From Escherichia coli (lineage in GTDB: Bacteria > Pseudomonadota > Gammaproteobacteria > Enterobacterales > Enterobacteriaceae): DNA of 64,000 bases. Below are positions 1-18,003 of the stretch, piece by piece. The notes under the pieces were generated by a model that worked only from the letters and a program-made list of their open reading frames with translations, ran no database searches and was not told the DNA's origin. The stretch's first letter is position 1; each line of letters opens with the position of its first letter. The stretch lies in NCBI RefSeq assembly GCF_003018115.1, contig NZ_CP027457.1. The stretch is one strand, 5' to 3'. The position numbers and the translations under genes are program-made.

Positions 1-2
1 GC

Positions 3-1079
3 GCTGCCGCCGGGTATTATGCAACCCGCGCCGGTTTAAACGTGCTTATGACCGACGCCCATATGCCACCACATCAACACGGCAGCCACCACGGCGATAC
101 GCGATTAATTCGCCATGCTTATGGTGAAGGCGAAAAGTATGTCCCGCTGGTCCTCCGCGCGCAAACGCTGTGGGATGAGCTCTCCCGCCACAACGAAGAT
201 GATCCTATTTTTGTACGCTCTGGTGTCATTAACCTTGGCCCGGCTGACTCCGCATTTCTCGCCAACGTCGCCCACAGCGCCGAACAGTGGCAACTCAACG
301 TTGAAAAGCTCGATGCGCAAGGGATTATGGCCCGCTGGCCAGAAATACTCGTCCCGGACAACTACATCGGCTTATTTGAGACTGATTCCGGTTTTTTGCG
401 CAGCGAACTGGCGATTAAAACCTGGATCCAACTGGCGAAGGAAGCGGGCTGTGCGCAACTGTTCAACTGCCCGGTCACCGCAATTCGTCATGACGATGAT
501 GGCGTAACTATTGAAACGGCTGACGGTGAGTATCAGGCGAAAAAAGCGATTGTCTGCGCGGGAACATGGGTAAAAGACCTGCTCCCGGAGCTGCCTGTCC
601 AGCCCGTACGTAAAGTATTTGCCTGGTATCAGGCCGATGGCCGCTATAGCGTGAAGAATAAATTCCCGGCGTTTACCGGTGAACTGCCCAATGGCGATCA
701 ATATTATGGTTTTCCGGCAGAAAACGACGCGTTGAAGATTGGTAAACATAACGGAGGCCAGGTTATCCATTCAGCGGATGAACGTGTTCCGTTTGCGGAA
801 GTGGCCAGTGATGGGTCAGAAGCCTTCCCGTTCTTGCGCAATGTATTGCCGGGTATCGGTTGCTGCCTGTACGGCGCTGCCTGCACCTATGATAATTCGC
901 CTGACGAAGATTTTATTATCGATACCCTACCCGGCCACGATAATACACTGCTCATTACCGGCCTGAGTGGGCACGGTTTTAAATTTGCGTCAGTTTTAGG
1001 GGAAATAGCTGCCGATTTTGCGCAAGACAAAAAAAGCGATTTTGATTTGACGCCATTCAGGCTTTCCCGCTTCCAATAA
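3..1079 (+). CDS. solA: N-methyl-L-tryptophan oxidase, 5' end outside window
   Basis: Frame open from window start to stop at 1079; translation [27 protein letters not shown]... is FAD-oxidase-like; conserved neighbourhood yceO-yceJ-yceI. Confidence 0.88.
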
Positions 1080-1088
1080 TCATCATTA

Positions 1089-1114
1089 CGGCCTCCAGAA
1101 TGAGGCCGTTTTTA
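1089..1114 (+). terminator. Rho-independent terminator after solA
   Basis: Stem cggcctc / gaggccg with 6-nt loop followed by ttttt. Confidence 0.6.
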
Positions 1115-1126
1115 CAGGAGTATTTA

Positions 1127-1240
1127 ATGCGTCGGCTGTTGCACTATCTCATCAATAATATTCGCGAGCATCTGATGCTTTATCTTTTTCTCTGGGGATT
1201 GTTGGCAATTATGGATCTGATCTATGTGTTTTATTTTTAG
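1127..1240 (+). CDS. yceO: small membrane protein YceO (37 aa)
   Basis: ATG 1127 to TAG 1238-1240 encodes [37 protein letters not shown]; too short for the ORF track; expected position between solA and yceJ. Confidence 0.7.
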
Positions 1241-1500
1241 TTTTCCGCACTGACATAAACTGACAAATATTTAATCTCCCTTTCATTTAGCGTGAAAAAT
1301 TGAATGAGATTATTCCTGCTTCTACAGCACTCACCAGACATCTCTGATGCTGAACCCACTAAACTTATGAAGATTCTTTCATTATTAATTCAAAATTATT
1401 GAAATAAAAATAAATATCATTCAATTTGTTATTTTTGTGTTGCAATTCATTCTCCGACACGCCATTTTCTTTCTCTCGCAAATTCGTTTTGGATGCACTT

Positions 1501-2067
1501 ATGTCATTCACAAATACCCCTGAACGCTATGGTGTTATATCTGCGGCCTTCCATTGGCTAAGCGCAATTATTGTCTACGGCATGTTTGCTTTAGGTCTGT
1601 GGATGGTCACGCTCAGTTATTACGATGGCTGGTATCACAAAGCACCCGAACTGCATAAAAGCATCGGTATTTTGTTAATGATGGGGCTGGTTATTCGCGT
1701 TCTGTGGCGTGTCATATCTCCACCGCCGGGTCCGCTGCCGAGTTATTCGCCCATGACTCGTCTTGCCGCAAAAGCTGGACATCTCGCATTGTACCTATTG
1801 CTGTTCGCCATCGGCATCAGCGGCTATCTGATCTCAACTGCCGATGGTAAACCGATCAGCGTTTTTGGCTGGTTTGACGTCCCCGCGACCCTTGCCGACG
1901 CTGGCGCACAGGCAGACTTTGCCGGTGCCCTGCATTTTTGGCTCGCGTGGAGCGTCGTAGTACTGTCCGTTATGCACGGATTTATGGCCCTGAAGCATCA
2001 TTTCATCGATAAAGACGACACTCTGAAGCGCATGCTGGGAAAGTCGTCATCTGACTATGGAGTATAA
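1501..2067 (+). CDS. yceJ: cytochrome b561 family protein
   Basis: 188 aa from ATG 1501 (MSFTNTPERYGV...), multiple hydrophobic helices; track ORF 1426-2067 has a 25-aa upstream extension that I do not accept. Confidence 0.85.
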   Translation: MSFTNTPERYGVISAAFHWLSAIIVYGMFALGLWMVTLSYYDGWYHKAPELHKSIGILLMMGLVIRVLWRVISPPPGPLPSYSPMTRLAAKAGHLALYLLLFAIGISGYLISTADGKPISVFGWFDVPATLADAGAQADFAGALHFWLAWSVVVLSVMHGFMALKHHFIDKDDTLKRMLGKSSSDYGV

Positions 2068-2070
2068 AAA

Positions 2071-2646
2071 ATGAAAAAAAGCCTGCTTGGTTTAACCTTC
2101 GCGTCCCTGATGTTCTCTGCCGGTTCAGCGGTTGCCGCCGATTACAAAATTGACAAAGAAGGTCAGCACGCCTTTGTTAACTTCCGCATCCAGCATCTTG
2201 GCTATAGCTGGTTATATGGCACCTTTAAAGATTTCGACGGTACTTTTACCTTTGATGAAAAAAATCCAGCTGCCGATAAAGTGAATGTGACAATTAACAC
2301 CACCAGCGTCGATACTAATCACGCCGAACGTGATAAACATCTTCGCAGTGCAGATTTCCTCAATACCGCAAAATATCCACAGGCAACATTCACCTCCACC
2401 AGCGTGAAGAAAGACGGTGACGAACTGGATATTACCGGCGATCTGACGCTGAATGGCGTAACCAAACCCGTCACGCTGGAAGCGAAATTAATTGGTCAGG
2501 GCGACGACCCGTGGGGTGGTAAACGAGCAGGCTTTGAGGCCGAAGGCAAAATTAAGCTCAAGGACTTCAATATCAAGACAGATTTAGGTCCAGCTTCTCA
2601 GGAAGTGGATCTGATTATTTCAGTGGAAGGCGTACAGCAGAAGTAA
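2071..2646 (+). CDS. yceI: periplasmic YceI-family protein
   Basis: 191 aa with N-terminal signal peptide [22 protein letters not shown]; 3 nt after yceJ stop. Confidence 0.9.
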
Positions 2647-2657
2647 GAGTGAAATGT

Positions 2658-2680
2658 TGCCGGATGGCACGCATCCGGCA
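2658..2680. terminator. hairpin between convergent yceI and trhO, likely bidirectional terminator
   Basis: tgccggatg / catccggca inverted repeat with 5-nt loop. Confidence 0.45.
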
Positions 2681-2687
2681 ATGATAT

Positions 2688-3740
2688 TTATTCTGTTGGA
2701 TCAGGAATGCCCAGTGTTGTATTCAGACGTCCACGAGACTTATTAAAGATCTTATTGCCATTTTCACGTCCTGCCCGACGGCGTCGCTGTTCTTCTGGCG
2801 GTAACGCGCTTTCTTCGCAGCAAATCTCACTACAACAACCTTTGTATTTTTCCGCACATACTGGACACTGAATAAACAGCAGGTGGCAGCCATCATTTTT
2901 ACAGTTGGTATGGCTGTCGCACGGCGCACCGCACTGGTGGCAATGCGCAATAATCTCATCAGTTATACGTTCGCCCATCCGCTCGTCAAAAACAAAATTT
3001 TTGCCAATAAAACGCACCGGCAAGCCCTGCTCGCGCGCCCTACGGGCGTATTCAATAATTCCGCCCTCGATATGCCAGACTTTATTGAATCCGTTATGTT
3101 TCATCCAGGCACTGGCCTTTTCACAACGAATGCCGCCGGTGCAGTACATGACGATTTTTTTATCTTTATGTGCCTGCATCATCTCGACTGCTTTTGGCAG
3201 CTGCTCACGGAAGGTATCTGCTGGAATTTCCAGCGCGTTTTCAAAGTGCCCCACTTCATACTCATAGTGGTTACGCATGTCGATAAACAGTGCATCGGGA
3301 TCGTCAAGCATGGCGTTCACTTCCGCCGCTTGCAGATACTCACCAACATTGCTGGCATCAAAGTGAGGATCGTCAATACCGTCGGCAACGATACGATCGC
3401 GGACCTTCATGCGCAGTACCCAGAAGGATTTCCCGTCATCATCCAACGCGATATTCAGGCGTAAGCCATCTAAAGCCGAGTCGAAGGCATAGAGCTGCGC
3501 GCGAAATGTTTCAACATTGCTCGCAGGTACGCTGATTTGCGCGTTAATGCCCTCATGCGCCAGATACACTCGCCCAAAAACATTCAGCGCGGTAAACAGC
3601 TGATATAAAGCGTCACGGGTCGCCTTAGGATCGGCGATGTGGAAATACTTATAAAACGAAATGGTGGTTCGCGGTTCGCTCTCAGCCAACATTTTGGCTT
3701 TTAACGCGTCGTTGGAAATGCGGTTGTGTAACACTGGCAT
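2688..3740 (-). CDS. trhO: rhodanese-domain tRNA uridine(34) hydroxylase
   Basis: 350 aa from ATG at 3740 ([16 protein letters not shown]...), rhodanese motif [10 protein letters not shown] and C-terminal Cys-rich tail; track ORF extends 18 aa further upstream. Confidence 0.88.
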   Translation of the reverse strand: MPVLHNRISNDALKAKMLAESEPRTTISFYKYFHIADPKATRDALYQLFTALNVFGRVYLAHEGINAQISVPASNVETFRAQLYAFDSALDGLRLNIALDDDGKSFWVLRMKVRDRIVADGIDDPHFDASNVGEYLQAAEVNAMLDDPDALFIDMRNHYEYEVGHFENALEIPADTFREQLPKAVEMMQAHKDKKIVMYCTGGIRCEKASAWMKHNGFNKVWHIEGGIIEYARRAREQGLPVRFIGKNFVFDERMGERITDEIIAHCHQCGAPCDSHTNCKNDGCHLLFIQCPVCAEKYKGCCSEICCEESALPPEEQRRRRAGRENGNKIFNKSRGRLNTTLGIPDPTE

Positions 3741-3964
3741 GGTGTACGATTCCTGCGAGATGGGAAAGTAAAAATCCGCGGCATGATATAGCAATTATCG
3801 ATAATTAACATCCACATATTTTACGCTACATTTGCGCATTAAAAATTATTTGTTATTTACAAGCGCGGCAATTTCGCCCAGTCTTCAGCCACAAATTTTG
3901 GTTGCGGGCGAAAAAATGCGACAATACATACAATTGCCCGAATAGGTTGAAAAACAGGATTGAT

Positions 3965-4885
3965 ATGACGAATCTACCCAAGTTCTCCACCGCACTGCTT
4001 CATCCGCGTTATTGGTTAACCTGGTTGGGTATTGGCGTACTTTGGTTAGTCGTGCAATTGCCCTACCCGGTTATCTACCGCCTCGGTTGTGGATTAGGAA
4101 AACTGGCGTTACGTTTTATGAAACGACGCGCAAAAATTGTGCATCGCAACCTGGAACTGTGCTTCCCGGAAATGAGCGAACAAGAACGCCGTAAAATGGC
4201 GGTGAAGAATTTCGAATCCGTTGGCATGGGACTGATGGAAACTGGCATGGCGTGGTTCTGGCCGGACCGCCGAATCGCCCGCTGGACGGAAGTGATCGGC
4301 ATGGAACACATTCGTGACGTGCAGGCGCAAAAACGCGGCATCCTGTTAGTTGGCATCCATTTTCTTACACTGGAGCTGGGTGCGCGGCAGTTTGGTATGC
4401 AGGAACCGGGGATTGGCGTTTACCGCCCGAACGATAATCCACTGATTGACTGGCTACAAACCTGGGGCCGTTTGCGCTCAAATAAATCGATGCTCGACCG
4501 CAAAGATTTAAAAGGCATGATTAAAGCCCTGAAAAAAGGCGAAGTGGTCTGGTACGCACCGGATCATGATTACGGCCCGCGCTCAAGCGTTTTCGTCCCG
4601 TTGTTTGCCGTTGAGCAGGCTGCGACCACGACCGGAACCTGGATGCTGGCACGGATGTCCGGCGCATGTCTGGTGCCCTTCGTTCCACGCCGTAAGCCAG
4701 ATGGCAAAGGGTATCAATTGATTATGCTGCCGCCAGAGTGTTCTCCGCCGCTGGATGATGCCGAAACTACCGCCGCGTGGATGAACAAAGTGGTCGAAAA
4801 ATGCATCATGATGGCACCAGAGCAGTATATGTGGTTACACCGTCGCTTTAAAACACGCCCGGAAGGCGTTCCTTCACGCTATTAA
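3965..4885 (+). CDS. lpxL: lipid A lauroyl acyltransferase
   Basis: 306 aa from ATG 3965 ([20 protein letters not shown]...); track ORF starts 21 codons upstream. Confidence 0.93.
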   Translation: MTNLPKFSTALLHPRYWLTWLGIGVLWLVVQLPYPVIYRLGCGLGKLALRFMKRRAKIVHRNLELCFPEMSEQERRKMAVKNFESVGMGLMETGMAWFWPDRRIARWTEVIGMEHIRDVQAQKRGILLVGIHFLTLELGARQFGMQEPGIGVYRPNDNPLIDWLQTWGRLRSNKSMLDRKDLKGMIKALKKGEVVWYAPDHDYGPRSSVFVPLFAVEQAATTTGTWMLARMSGACLVPFVPRRKPDGKGYQLIMLPPECSPPLDDAETTAAWMNKVVEKCIMMAPEQYMWLHRRFKTRPEGVPSRY

Positions 4886-4892
4886 ATCTCCC

Positions 4893-4923
4893 ATGCCGGA
4901 TGCTTCAGAATGGCATCCGGCAT
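4893..4923 (+). terminator. hairpin after lpxL, terminator-like or REP-like
   Basis: atgccggatgc / gcatccggcat 11-bp inverted repeat; no clear U-run, so weak as an intrinsic terminator. Confidence 0.35.
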
Positions 4924-5056
4924 TACCACAGCAAATCCCCCTGATTTAGCGATAAAAGCTCTCTGGATTGCGCCCCCTGGAAGTCGGGCGCATAATTAGT
5001 GTGCTTATCTTTTCTTCTTATGTTCACCGCGCCTGGCGCACCAACAGCGGATTGCT

Positions 5057-6283
5057 ATGTCACCCTGTGAAAATGACACCCCTATAAACTGGAAACGAAA
5101 CCTGATCGTCGCCTGGCTAGGCTGTTTTCTTACCGGGGCCGCCTTCAGTCTGGTAATGCCCTTCTTACCCCTCTACGTTGAGCAGCTTGGCGTTACCGGC
5201 CACTCCGCCTTGAATATGTGGTCCGGTATTGTCTTCAGCATTACATTTTTATTTTCGGCCATCGCCTCACCGTTTTGGGGTGGACTCGCCGACCGTAAAG
5301 GCCGAAAACTCATGCTATTACGTTCTGCTCTCGGCATGGGCATCGTGATGGTGTTGATGGGACTGGCACAAAATATCTGGCAGTTTTTGATCCTGCGGGC
5401 GCTTCTTGGTTTACTTGGCGGATTTGTCCCCAACGCTAATGCTCTTATCGCCACACAAGTACCGCGTAATAAAAGCGGCTGGGCGCTGGGTACGCTCTCC
5501 ACAGGCGGCGTTAGTGGTGCGTTGCTCGGCCCAATGGCTGGCGGCCTGCTCGCCGATAGCTACGGCTTACGTCCGGTATTCTTTATTACCGCCAGTGTGC
5601 TCATACTCTGCTTTTCCGTCACCCTGTTCTGCATCAGAGAAAAATTCCAGCCGGTCAGCAAAAAAGAGATGCTGCACATGCGGGAAGTGGTGACATCACT
5701 TAAAAACCCGAAACTGGTACTCAGCCTGTTTGTCACCACGTTAATCATCCAGGTAGCGACGGGCTCAATTGCCCCCATTCTGACGCTGTATGTCCGCGAA
5801 CTGGCGGGTAACGTCAGTAACGTCGCCTTTATCAGTGGCATGATCGCCTCGGTGCCAGGCGTGGCGGCTCTGCTGAGTGCACCACGACTCGGCAAACTTG
5901 GCGATCGAATCGGCCCCGAAAAGATCCTGATTACGGCGCTGATCTTTTCTGTACTGCTGTTGATCCCAATGTCATACGTTCAGACGCCATTACAACTTGG
6001 GATTTTACGTTTTTTGCTCGGTGCCGCCGATGGTGCACTACTCCCCGCCGTACAGACCCTGTTGGTTTACAACTCGAGCAACCAAATCGCCGGACGTATC
6101 TTCAGCTATAACCAATCGTTTCGTGATATTGGCAACGTTACCGGACCATTGATGGGAGCAGCGATTTCAGCGAACTACGGTTTCAGAGCGGTATTTCTCG
6201 TCACCGCTGGCGTAGTGTTATTCAACGCAGTCTATTCATGGAACAGTCTACGTCGTCGTCGAATACCCCAGGTATCGAACTGA
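5057..6283 (+). CDS. mdtG: MFS multidrug efflux transporter
   Basis: 408 aa polytopic membrane protein in conserved position after lpxL. Confidence 0.9.
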   Translation: MSPCENDTPINWKRNLIVAWLGCFLTGAAFSLVMPFLPLYVEQLGVTGHSALNMWSGIVFSITFLFSAIASPFWGGLADRKGRKLMLLRSALGMGIVMVLMGLAQNIWQFLILRALLGLLGGFVPNANALIATQVPRNKSGWALGTLSTGGVSGALLGPMAGGLLADSYGLRPVFFITASVLILCFSVTLFCIREKFQPVSKKEMLHMREVVTSLKNPKLVLSLFVTTLIIQVATGSIAPILTLYVRELAGNVSNVAFISGMIASVPGVAALLSAPRLGKLGDRIGPEKILITALIFSVLLLIPMSYVQTPLQLGILRFLLGAADGALLPAVQTLLVYNSSNQIAGRIFSYNQSFRDIGNVTGPLMGAAISANYGFRAVFLVTAGVVLFNAVYSWNSLRRRRIPQVSN

Positions 6284-6365
6284 TTTTTCGCCTTTCATAC
6301 TTGCAAAAGCGGAGAATCAGCTATCCTTTTCCCTGAAACCTCATCAACTCAAAGGGAGAATCGTG

Positions 6366-6740
6366 ATGACCATGTACGCAACGCTTGAAGAAGCCATTGA
6401 CGCTGCACGCGAAGAATTTCTTGCAGACAACCCCGGCATTGACGCCGAAGACGCGAATGTGCAACAGTTCAATGCCCAAAAATACGTTTTGCAGGACGGC
6501 GACATCATGTGGCAAGTTGAGTTTTTTGCCGACGAAGGGGAAGAAGGTGAATGTTTACCTATGCTTAGCGGTGAAGCCGCGCAAAGTGTTTTTGATGGCG
6601 ACTATGATGAGATAGAGATCCGCCAGGAGTGGCAGGAAGAGAATACATTACATGAATGGGACGAGGGGGAATTTCAGCTTGAGCCACCGCTGGATACCGA
6701 GGAAGGACGCGCAGCAGCTGATGAGTGGGATGAACGTTAA
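6366..6740 (+). CDS. msyB: acidic protein MsyB
   Basis: 124 aa, extremely acidic (MTMYATLEEAIDAAREEF...DEWDER); ATG at 6366 one codon inside track ORF. Confidence 0.9.
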   Translation: MTMYATLEEAIDAAREEFLADNPGIDAEDANVQQFNAQKYVLQDGDIMWQVEFFADEGEEGECLPMLSGEAAQSVFDGDYDEIEIRQEWQEENTLHEWDEGEFQLEPPLDTEEGRAAADEWDER

Positions 6741-6968
6741 TCACTCATACGGGCCATGATGAATGTCGATCGGCAGCAGTAAAGTATCAAAAACCAGGGA
6801 GAATGGCAGATCAAGGATTGTGACATAACGCCAGGCGGAGTCACGCACATCCCATTGCACACCGGGATAATATTGGTTGCCATGCCCCTGCCCCGGTATA
6901 GTGCGGCTAATGATGCTGCCACAGCCACTCAGCAAGGTCACCATGATGCTCACCACAATTAAACGCAT
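6741..6968 (-). CDS. yceK: lipoprotein YceK
   Basis: 75 aa with lipobox MRLIVVSIMVTLLSGC. Confidence 0.8.
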   Translation of the reverse strand: MRLIVVSIMVTLLSGCGSIISRTIPGQGHGNQYYPGVQWDVRDSAWRYVTILDLPFSLVFDTLLLPIDIHHGPYE

Positions 6969-7030
6969 TTGATACCTCTTCCGTAAAAAAATACCGGCAT
7001 AACGCCGGTATTTTTATTGGCTCGTTGTTT

Positions 7031-7131
7031 TTGCCAGATGCGACGTGAACGCCTTACCCAACCTACAAAATCTTGCAAAATCAATAAATTGCAGGAACGA
7101 TGTAGGCCTGATAAGCGTAGCGCATCAGGCA
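7031..7131. repeat. REP (repetitive extragenic palindromic) elements
   Basis: tgccagatgcgacgtgaacgccttacc and gtaggcctgataagcgtagcgcatcaggc resemble the E. coli REP consensus. Confidence 0.6.
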
Positions 7132-7140
7132 ACTACGTTT

Positions 7141-11323
<4,183 letters not shown>

Positions 11324-11604
11324 TCAGCACGCTGGCTCATGGATTAAGCACCTGATTGCAACCGTTTTCACTTTCCGTGCTTCTCCTAAAGACAGAAGCA
11401 TCGACTTCGTGTAGGGTTTGCCAGCAAATTTATTTATCAACCGTCTTACAGACGCTTCCATTCTGGTTAGTGGTAGCGGTGATGCTATGCATAAAAACTT
11501 GAAGCCTGCGCCTGGCGCGGTCAGGTCGGTGTCGCTATGGCAACAAGCCTAAAGGCATAACCCGACAGGGATAAGACGAAAAATCCGAGATTAGTTAACC
11601 ATAT

Positions 11605-12762
11605 ATGAATCCAGTACCCGCGCAACGTGAATATTTCCTCGACTCCATCCGCGCCTGGCTGATGTTGTTAGGGATCCCTTTTCATATTTCTTTAATCTAT
11701 TCGAGCCATACATGGCATGTGAATAGCGCCGAACCGTCATTGTGGCTGACCCTTTTTAATGACTTCATCCACTCGTTCCGCATGCAGGTATTTTTCGTTA
11801 TATCCGGCTACTTTTCCTACATGCTTTTTTTACGCTATCCCTTGAAAAAATGGTGGAAAGTACGTGTCGAACGTGTAGGTATCCCGATGTTAACAGCCAT
11901 CCCCCTACTGACATTGCCGCAATTTATTATGCTGCAATACGTCAAAGGGAAAGCGGAAAGTTGGCCTGGACTGTCATTGTATGACAAATATAATACGTTG
12001 GCCTGGGAATTAATATCGCACCTGTGGTTTTTATTGGTGTTAGTGGTCATGACGACGCTGTGCGTCTGGATATTCAAACGCATCAGAAATAATTTAGAAA
12101 ATTCTGATAAAACGAATAAAAAATTCTCGATGGTAAAACTATCGGTGATTTTTTTGTGCCTCGGCATCGGCTATGCGGTAATAAGAAGAACGATTTTTAT
12201 TGTGTATCCGCCCATTCTGAGTAACGGCATGTTCAATTTTATTGTCATGCAAACGCTATTTTATTTGCCGTTCTTTATCCTCGGCGCACTGGCTTTCATT
12301 TTCCCTCATCTTAAAGCCTTGTTTACCACGCCGTCTCGTGGCTGTACCCTCGCAGCAGCATTGGCATTTGTCGCTTACTTACTCAACCAGCGCTATGGCA
12401 GTGGCGATGCCTGGATGTACGAAACCGAGTCTGTGATCACCATGGTCCTCGGTCTGTGGATGGTGAATGTGGTCTTCTCCTTCGGCCACCGTTTGCTTAA
12501 CTTCCAGTCAGCGCGGGTGACTTACTTTGTTAACGCATCGCTATTTATCTATCTGGTTCACCACCCGTTAACGCTGTTTTTCGGCGCGTACATTACACCG
12601 CACATCACCTCCAACTGGCTTGGTTTTCTCTGTGGCCTGATATTCGTAGTAGGGATTGCGATAATTCTGTATGAAATTCATTTACGCATCCCATTACTGA
12701 AGTTTTTGTTCTCTGGTAAACCGGTTGTTAAGCGTGAGAACGATAAAGCACCAGCCCGTTAA
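11605..12762 (+). CDS. opgC: glucan succinyltransferase (acyltransferase family membrane protein)
   Basis: 385 aa multi-TM protein divergent from opgGH. Confidence 0.88.
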   Translation: MNPVPAQREYFLDSIRAWLMLLGIPFHISLIYSSHTWHVNSAEPSLWLTLFNDFIHSFRMQVFFVISGYFSYMLFLRYPLKKWWKVRVERVGIPMLTAIPLLTLPQFIMLQYVKGKAESWPGLSLYDKYNTLAWELISHLWFLLVLVVMTTLCVWIFKRIRNNLENSDKTNKKFSMVKLSVIFLCLGIGYAVIRRTIFIVYPPILSNGMFNFIVMQTLFYLPFFILGALAFIFPHLKALFTTPSRGCTLAAALAFVAYLLNQRYGSGDAWMYETESVITMVLGLWMVNVVFSFGHRLLNFQSARVTYFVNASLFIYLVHHPLTLFFGAYITPHITSNWLGFLCGLIFVVGIAIILYEIHLRIPLLKFLFSGKPVVKRENDKAPAR

Positions 12763-12769
12763 GCCGCGT

Positions 12770-14200
12770 TTACAATAACCATTCCACGGGCAATATCGAC
12801 GCCAGTCTGACCATAACCCGCTTCCAGAAACTGGTGGCGGGTTCTTTTTTGAGAACAATCTCTTTCTTTGCATGACGATCAACCCAGTTGATCCGTCCCC
12901 ACCTGTCCAGACGGAGCTGCCAGGCCGCATCATACTGGCTCTGAATAAAGCGTTTATCAATTAACTGTGCCAGCGTTTCGCTCTCTATCACGAAGCCCAT
13001 TTCAGTATTGAGCAATGTTGAACGCGGATCGAAATTGAAAGAGCCGATAAACACCGTTTTACCATCGATGCTAAAGGTTTTAGCATGCAGGCTGGCACCG
13101 GAATTACCTGTTATGCCGCGATCGTGTAACGTACTACTTTGTTCACACGTCGGCTTGAGTTCATATAATTCCACGCCATAACGGAGCAATTTTTTGCGCC
13201 AGCGCGCGTATCCGGCATGGACGACAGCAACATCGTTAGCGGCAAGAGAATTGGTTAGGATCGCAATCTTTACCCCTTTTCTCACCATCCGTAAGAGTTG
13301 CGCCACACCTGCGCGTGTCGGTACAAAATAGGAAGAGATAATATCGATGCGTTCACTGGGTGAGCCCATGATATCGAACAGGCGCTGCGGTAACAGTGAA
13401 TGCCGTTTTGCCTTGCCCTCCCCTTTCGCCGGATCATCACTTAATAAACGTGTCTTCGCCCAGATAAGCGGCAACGTTCCATCAACCAGATGATTTATAA
13501 ACGGACTGGATTCCATTTTGCGTAAATAACGATGCGTCATGGCATCGTTATGCCAGGAGGCGGGTAACTCGATGCGATCCGCCATTTCACCTTCCGGGAC
13601 ATCCAGCACCTGCTGTAAGGGTGAAACCGATTTGCAATACCAGTAGCGGGCGAAATCATCGGCAACGTCCTCTACTACGGGTCCTATTGCCATGACATCT
13701 AAATCCGAAAAAAGTGGCTCTTCCCCTGCCCCAAAATAGGCATCACCAATATTTCGCCCCCCTACCAGCGTCACCACGCCATCGACAGTGAAACTTTTAT
13801 TGTGCATACGGCGATTGAGGCGGGAAAAGTCGGTGATATAACCAAGCGGACGCAGCAAGCGAAACGAGAAAGGATTAAAAAGCCGGACTTCAATGCGGGG
13901 ATGGCTGTCAAGCAAGCGTAAAATGTCGTCAAGTCCGGGCGTATTGTTGTCGTCCAGCAACAAACGGACGCGAACGCCACGCTTTGCTGCGGCTAACAGG
14001 GCGGAAAACAGTAACCGACCCGACATATCGTCCTGCCAGATGTAATACTGAACATCCAGCGTATGCTCTGCCATTTCGGCCAGACGATACCGGGCGGCAA
14101 ACGCATCCAAACTTTTCTCCAGAGGGAAAAGACCACACTGACCGGGATGTTGCGAACACAGTGGCAGCACCGCGCTCGCCAGCCGGGGCAAATCATTCAT
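12770..14200 (-). CDS. clsC: cardiolipin synthase C (phospholipase D family)
   Basis: Start taken at ATG 14200 ([11 protein letters not shown]...) overlapping ymdB stop by 1 nt; two HxK PLD motifs ([23 protein letters not shown]); track ORF extends 50 codons upstream across ymdB. Confidence 0.85.
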   Translation of the reverse strand: MNDLPRLASAVLPLCSQHPGQCGLFPLEKSLDAFAARYRLAEMAEHTLDVQYYIWQDDMSGRLLFSALLAAAKRGVRVRLLLDDNNTPGLDDILRLLDSHPRIEVRLFNPFSFRLLRPLGYITDFSRLNRRMHNKSFTVDGVVTLVGGRNIGDAYFGAGEEPLFSDLDVMAIGPVVEDVADDFARYWYCKSVSPLQQVLDVPEGEMADRIELPASWHNDAMTHRYLRKMESSPFINHLVDGTLPLIWAKTRLLSDDPAKGEGKAKRHSLLPQRLFDIMGSPSERIDIISSYFVPTRAGVAQLLRMVRKGVKIAILTNSLAANDVAVVHAGYARWRKKLLRYGVELYELKPTCEQSSTLHDRGITGNSGASLHAKTFSIDGKTVFIGSFNFDPRSTLLNTEMGFVIESETLAQLIDKRFIQSQYDAAWQLRLDRWGRINWVDRHAKKEIVLKKEPATSFWKRVMVRLASILPVEWLL

Positions 14201-14726
14201 CTCCTTGTTGGGTAAGGAGTCTTTCGTAGAGGTGGGCGTTTTCTTCATCATAACAGACAAAGTATACCTGTTCGGGTAAAGCGTGACGGGTAATAAATTC
14301 TGAAACGGTTTTAACTGCGATTTCAGCCGCTGCCGCACGAGGGTAACCATAAACCCCAGTACTGATTGCAGGAAAAGCCACTGACGTATAGCTGTTTGCC
14401 GCCACCAGTCGCAGGCTATTCAGATAGGCATCCTGCAAAAGCTGGTCTTCGTTTTGTTCACCACCACGCCAGACTGGCCCGACGGTGTGTACTACGGCTT
14501 TAGCGGGAAGATCGCCTGCAAGCGTAATAACGGCATGCCCCGTAGGGCAATCGCCCTGCTGTTGCCTGACTTTTAAACAGGCATCCAGCAGGGCCGGACC
14601 CGCTGCGCGATGAATGGCCCCATCGACGCCGCCGCCTCCCATTAATGACGGATTAGCCGCATTCACAATCACATCAACGGCCAGTTTGGTAATATCACCC
14701 TGCACAACATGAATACGCGTTTTCAT
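14193..14726 (-). CDS. ymdB: macrodomain O-acetyl-ADP-ribose deacetylase
   Basis: 177 aa macrodomain ([23 protein letters not shown]). Confidence 0.9.
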
Positions 14727-14820
14727 AACGCCTCCTTACACCTTCTTGTTTCTTAAGTGTACAGCAGGCTTTTTGGTTAAATCGCATTTTTCTGCTCAGC
14801 AACGTGCGTTGTTCAGAAAC

Positions 14821-15585
<765 letters not shown>

Positions 15586-15643
15586 ATTCTTCTCCCGAAA
15601 AAAAACAGGGCTTGCGCCCTGTTTCTGTAATACAAATGATGTA

Positions 15644-16099
15644 TTAGTACTGATGAGCGGTCGCGTTGTTACCAAAGCCAACCTGAGTCACGTTGACGGA
15701 GGAATTAGATGCAGTCTGGTCAACTGCAGCACCGTTGCCACCACCGAACTGTTTAACAGTCATTTCAGAATTTTTGCCGTTCCACTGATCAAGAGTGGCG
15801 CTGTTACCGAAGCCACGTTGGGTCAGATCGATTGAGCTGTCATCTGAGCCCTGACCAACATCTGCACCATTACCACCGCCATGCTGGGTAATAGTCAAGT
15901 CAGAGTTACGGGCATCAGTTTGCAGAGCAAGTGCAGAGTTACCGCCACCGTACTGGTAAATGTTCAGCTCTGAATTTGGGCCGCTATTATTACCGCCACC
16001 ACCGTGGTTACCGCCGCCGCCGTACTGAGGAACAACACCTGCCAGAGCGCTACCGGAGAATACGATTGCTGCAATTGCTGCTACTTTTAAAAGTTTCAT
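15644..16099 (-). CDS. csgA: major curlin subunit
   Basis: 151 aa with Gly/Asn/Gln-rich curlin repeats. Confidence 0.95.
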   Translation of the reverse strand: MKLLKVAAIAAIVFSGSALAGVVPQYGGGGNHGGGGNNSGPNSELNIYQYGGGNSALALQTDARNSDLTITQHGGGNGADVGQGSDDSSIDLTQRGFGNSATLDQWNGKNSEMTVKQFGGGNGAAVDQTASNSSVNVTQVGFGNNATAHQY

Positions 16100-16139
16100 G
16101 TAAAACCCCCATCGGATTGATTTAAAAGTCGAATGGAAA

Positions 16140-16595
16140 TTAACGTTGTGTCACGCGAATAGCCATTTGCGACTGTCTCTGCACTACAATTGCCGTTTTT
16201 TGAGTACCATACTGTGTAATATTTGCTTTATTACCAGAACCTTTCTGGATAATCATCGCAGTATTACCATAAGCACCTTGCGAAATACTGGCATCGTTGG
16301 CACTGCCCGCCTGATCAATATATGCAAGGTTATAATCTCCTGTCTGGTCAATCTTTGCCCGGTTGCTACTACCTTCTTGCGCAACAACCGCCAAAAGTTT
16401 TGAGCCTCCCTGCCGTAACTGAGCACTATTATTAGTCCCAGCTTGACCAATTATGGCTGCCTGATTAAATGAAGACTTACTCAATTCATTTACCGCGAAG
16501 TTATATTCTGAATTAGCTAAATCATAACCTGCTGCGGCTGCAATCCCAGGCGCACCCAGTATTGTTAACATCATAAATAACAATTTGTTTTTCAT
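16140..16595 (-). CDS. csgB: minor curlin nucleator subunit
   Basis: 151 aa from ATG 16595 (MKNKLLFMMLTILGAPGIAAA...). Confidence 0.92.
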   Translation of the reverse strand: MKNKLLFMMLTILGAPGIAAAAGYDLANSEYNFAVNELSKSSFNQAAIIGQAGTNNSAQLRQGGSKLLAVVAQEGSSNRAKIDQTGDYNLAYIDQAGSANDASISQGAYGNTAMIIQKGSGNKANITQYGTQKTAIVVQRQSQMAIRVTQR

Positions 16596-17348
16596 GTTGT
16601 CACCCTGGACCTGGTCGTACATTTAAGAAATTAAATCATTTCAACTTGGTTGTTAACGCAACCTGTATTTTGTTAACGCTGCGTTACGATGGAAAGTATG
16701 TCTGCGGAAATATTTTTAATAACTCACCCGCGCGTTGTATTTTTCTTTTTTTGTTCATACCAAAGTATTAAAACCCACGTAAATACGCTGTTATCTACGC
16801 AAAAAATATTTTGTTTTCTTTTAAATCTCCGTTTTCCGCTAGCAAAAAACACCAGACAGTCATTCTTCTTGCCCGTCGCTGATTGCTGCGATATGTCTTG
16901 CGCACAAGCCGTGACAAACCTCGTCTTTTTGCAGTAAAAAATTGTCCACGGAGGTGTGGAGAAAAAACAAGAACGTTTTACATGACGAAAGGACTACACC
17001 GAAATATTTTTTATATGCATTATTAGTAAGTTATCACCATTTGTATGATTTTTTAAAATTGTGCAATAAAAACCAAATGTACAACTTTTCTATCATTTCT
17101 AAACTTAATAAAACCTTAAGGTTAACATTTTAATATAACGAGTTACATTTAGTTACATGTTTAACACTTGATTTAAGATTTGTAATGGCTAGATTGAAAT
17201 CAGATGTAATCCATTAGTTTTATATTTTACCCATTTAGGGTTGATTTATTACTACACACAGCAGTGCAACATCTGTCAGTACTTCTGGTGCTTCTATTTT
17301 AGAGGCAGCTGTCAGGTGTGCGATCAATAAAAAAAGCGGGGTTTCATC
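16596..17348. promoter_or_regulatory. csgBAC / csgDEFG divergent intergenic control region
   Basis: 753-bp AT-rich non-coding region between divergent csgB and csgD starts; individual sites not mapped here. Confidence 0.7.
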
Positions 17349-17999
<651 letters not shown>

Positions 18000-18003
18000 A
18001 GCC

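Noticed and set aside
2883-3464. 193-aa and 120-aa plus-strand ORFs
   Set aside because: Antisense within trhO/yceA; no independent support
3902-3964. 21-codon upstream extension of lpxL
   Set aside because: Conserved LpxL N-terminus begins MTNLPKF at 3965
14201-14350. 50-codon N-terminal extension of the clsC ORF
   Set aside because: Would overlap the ymdB coding region; ATG at 14200 gives the expected operon junction and protein length
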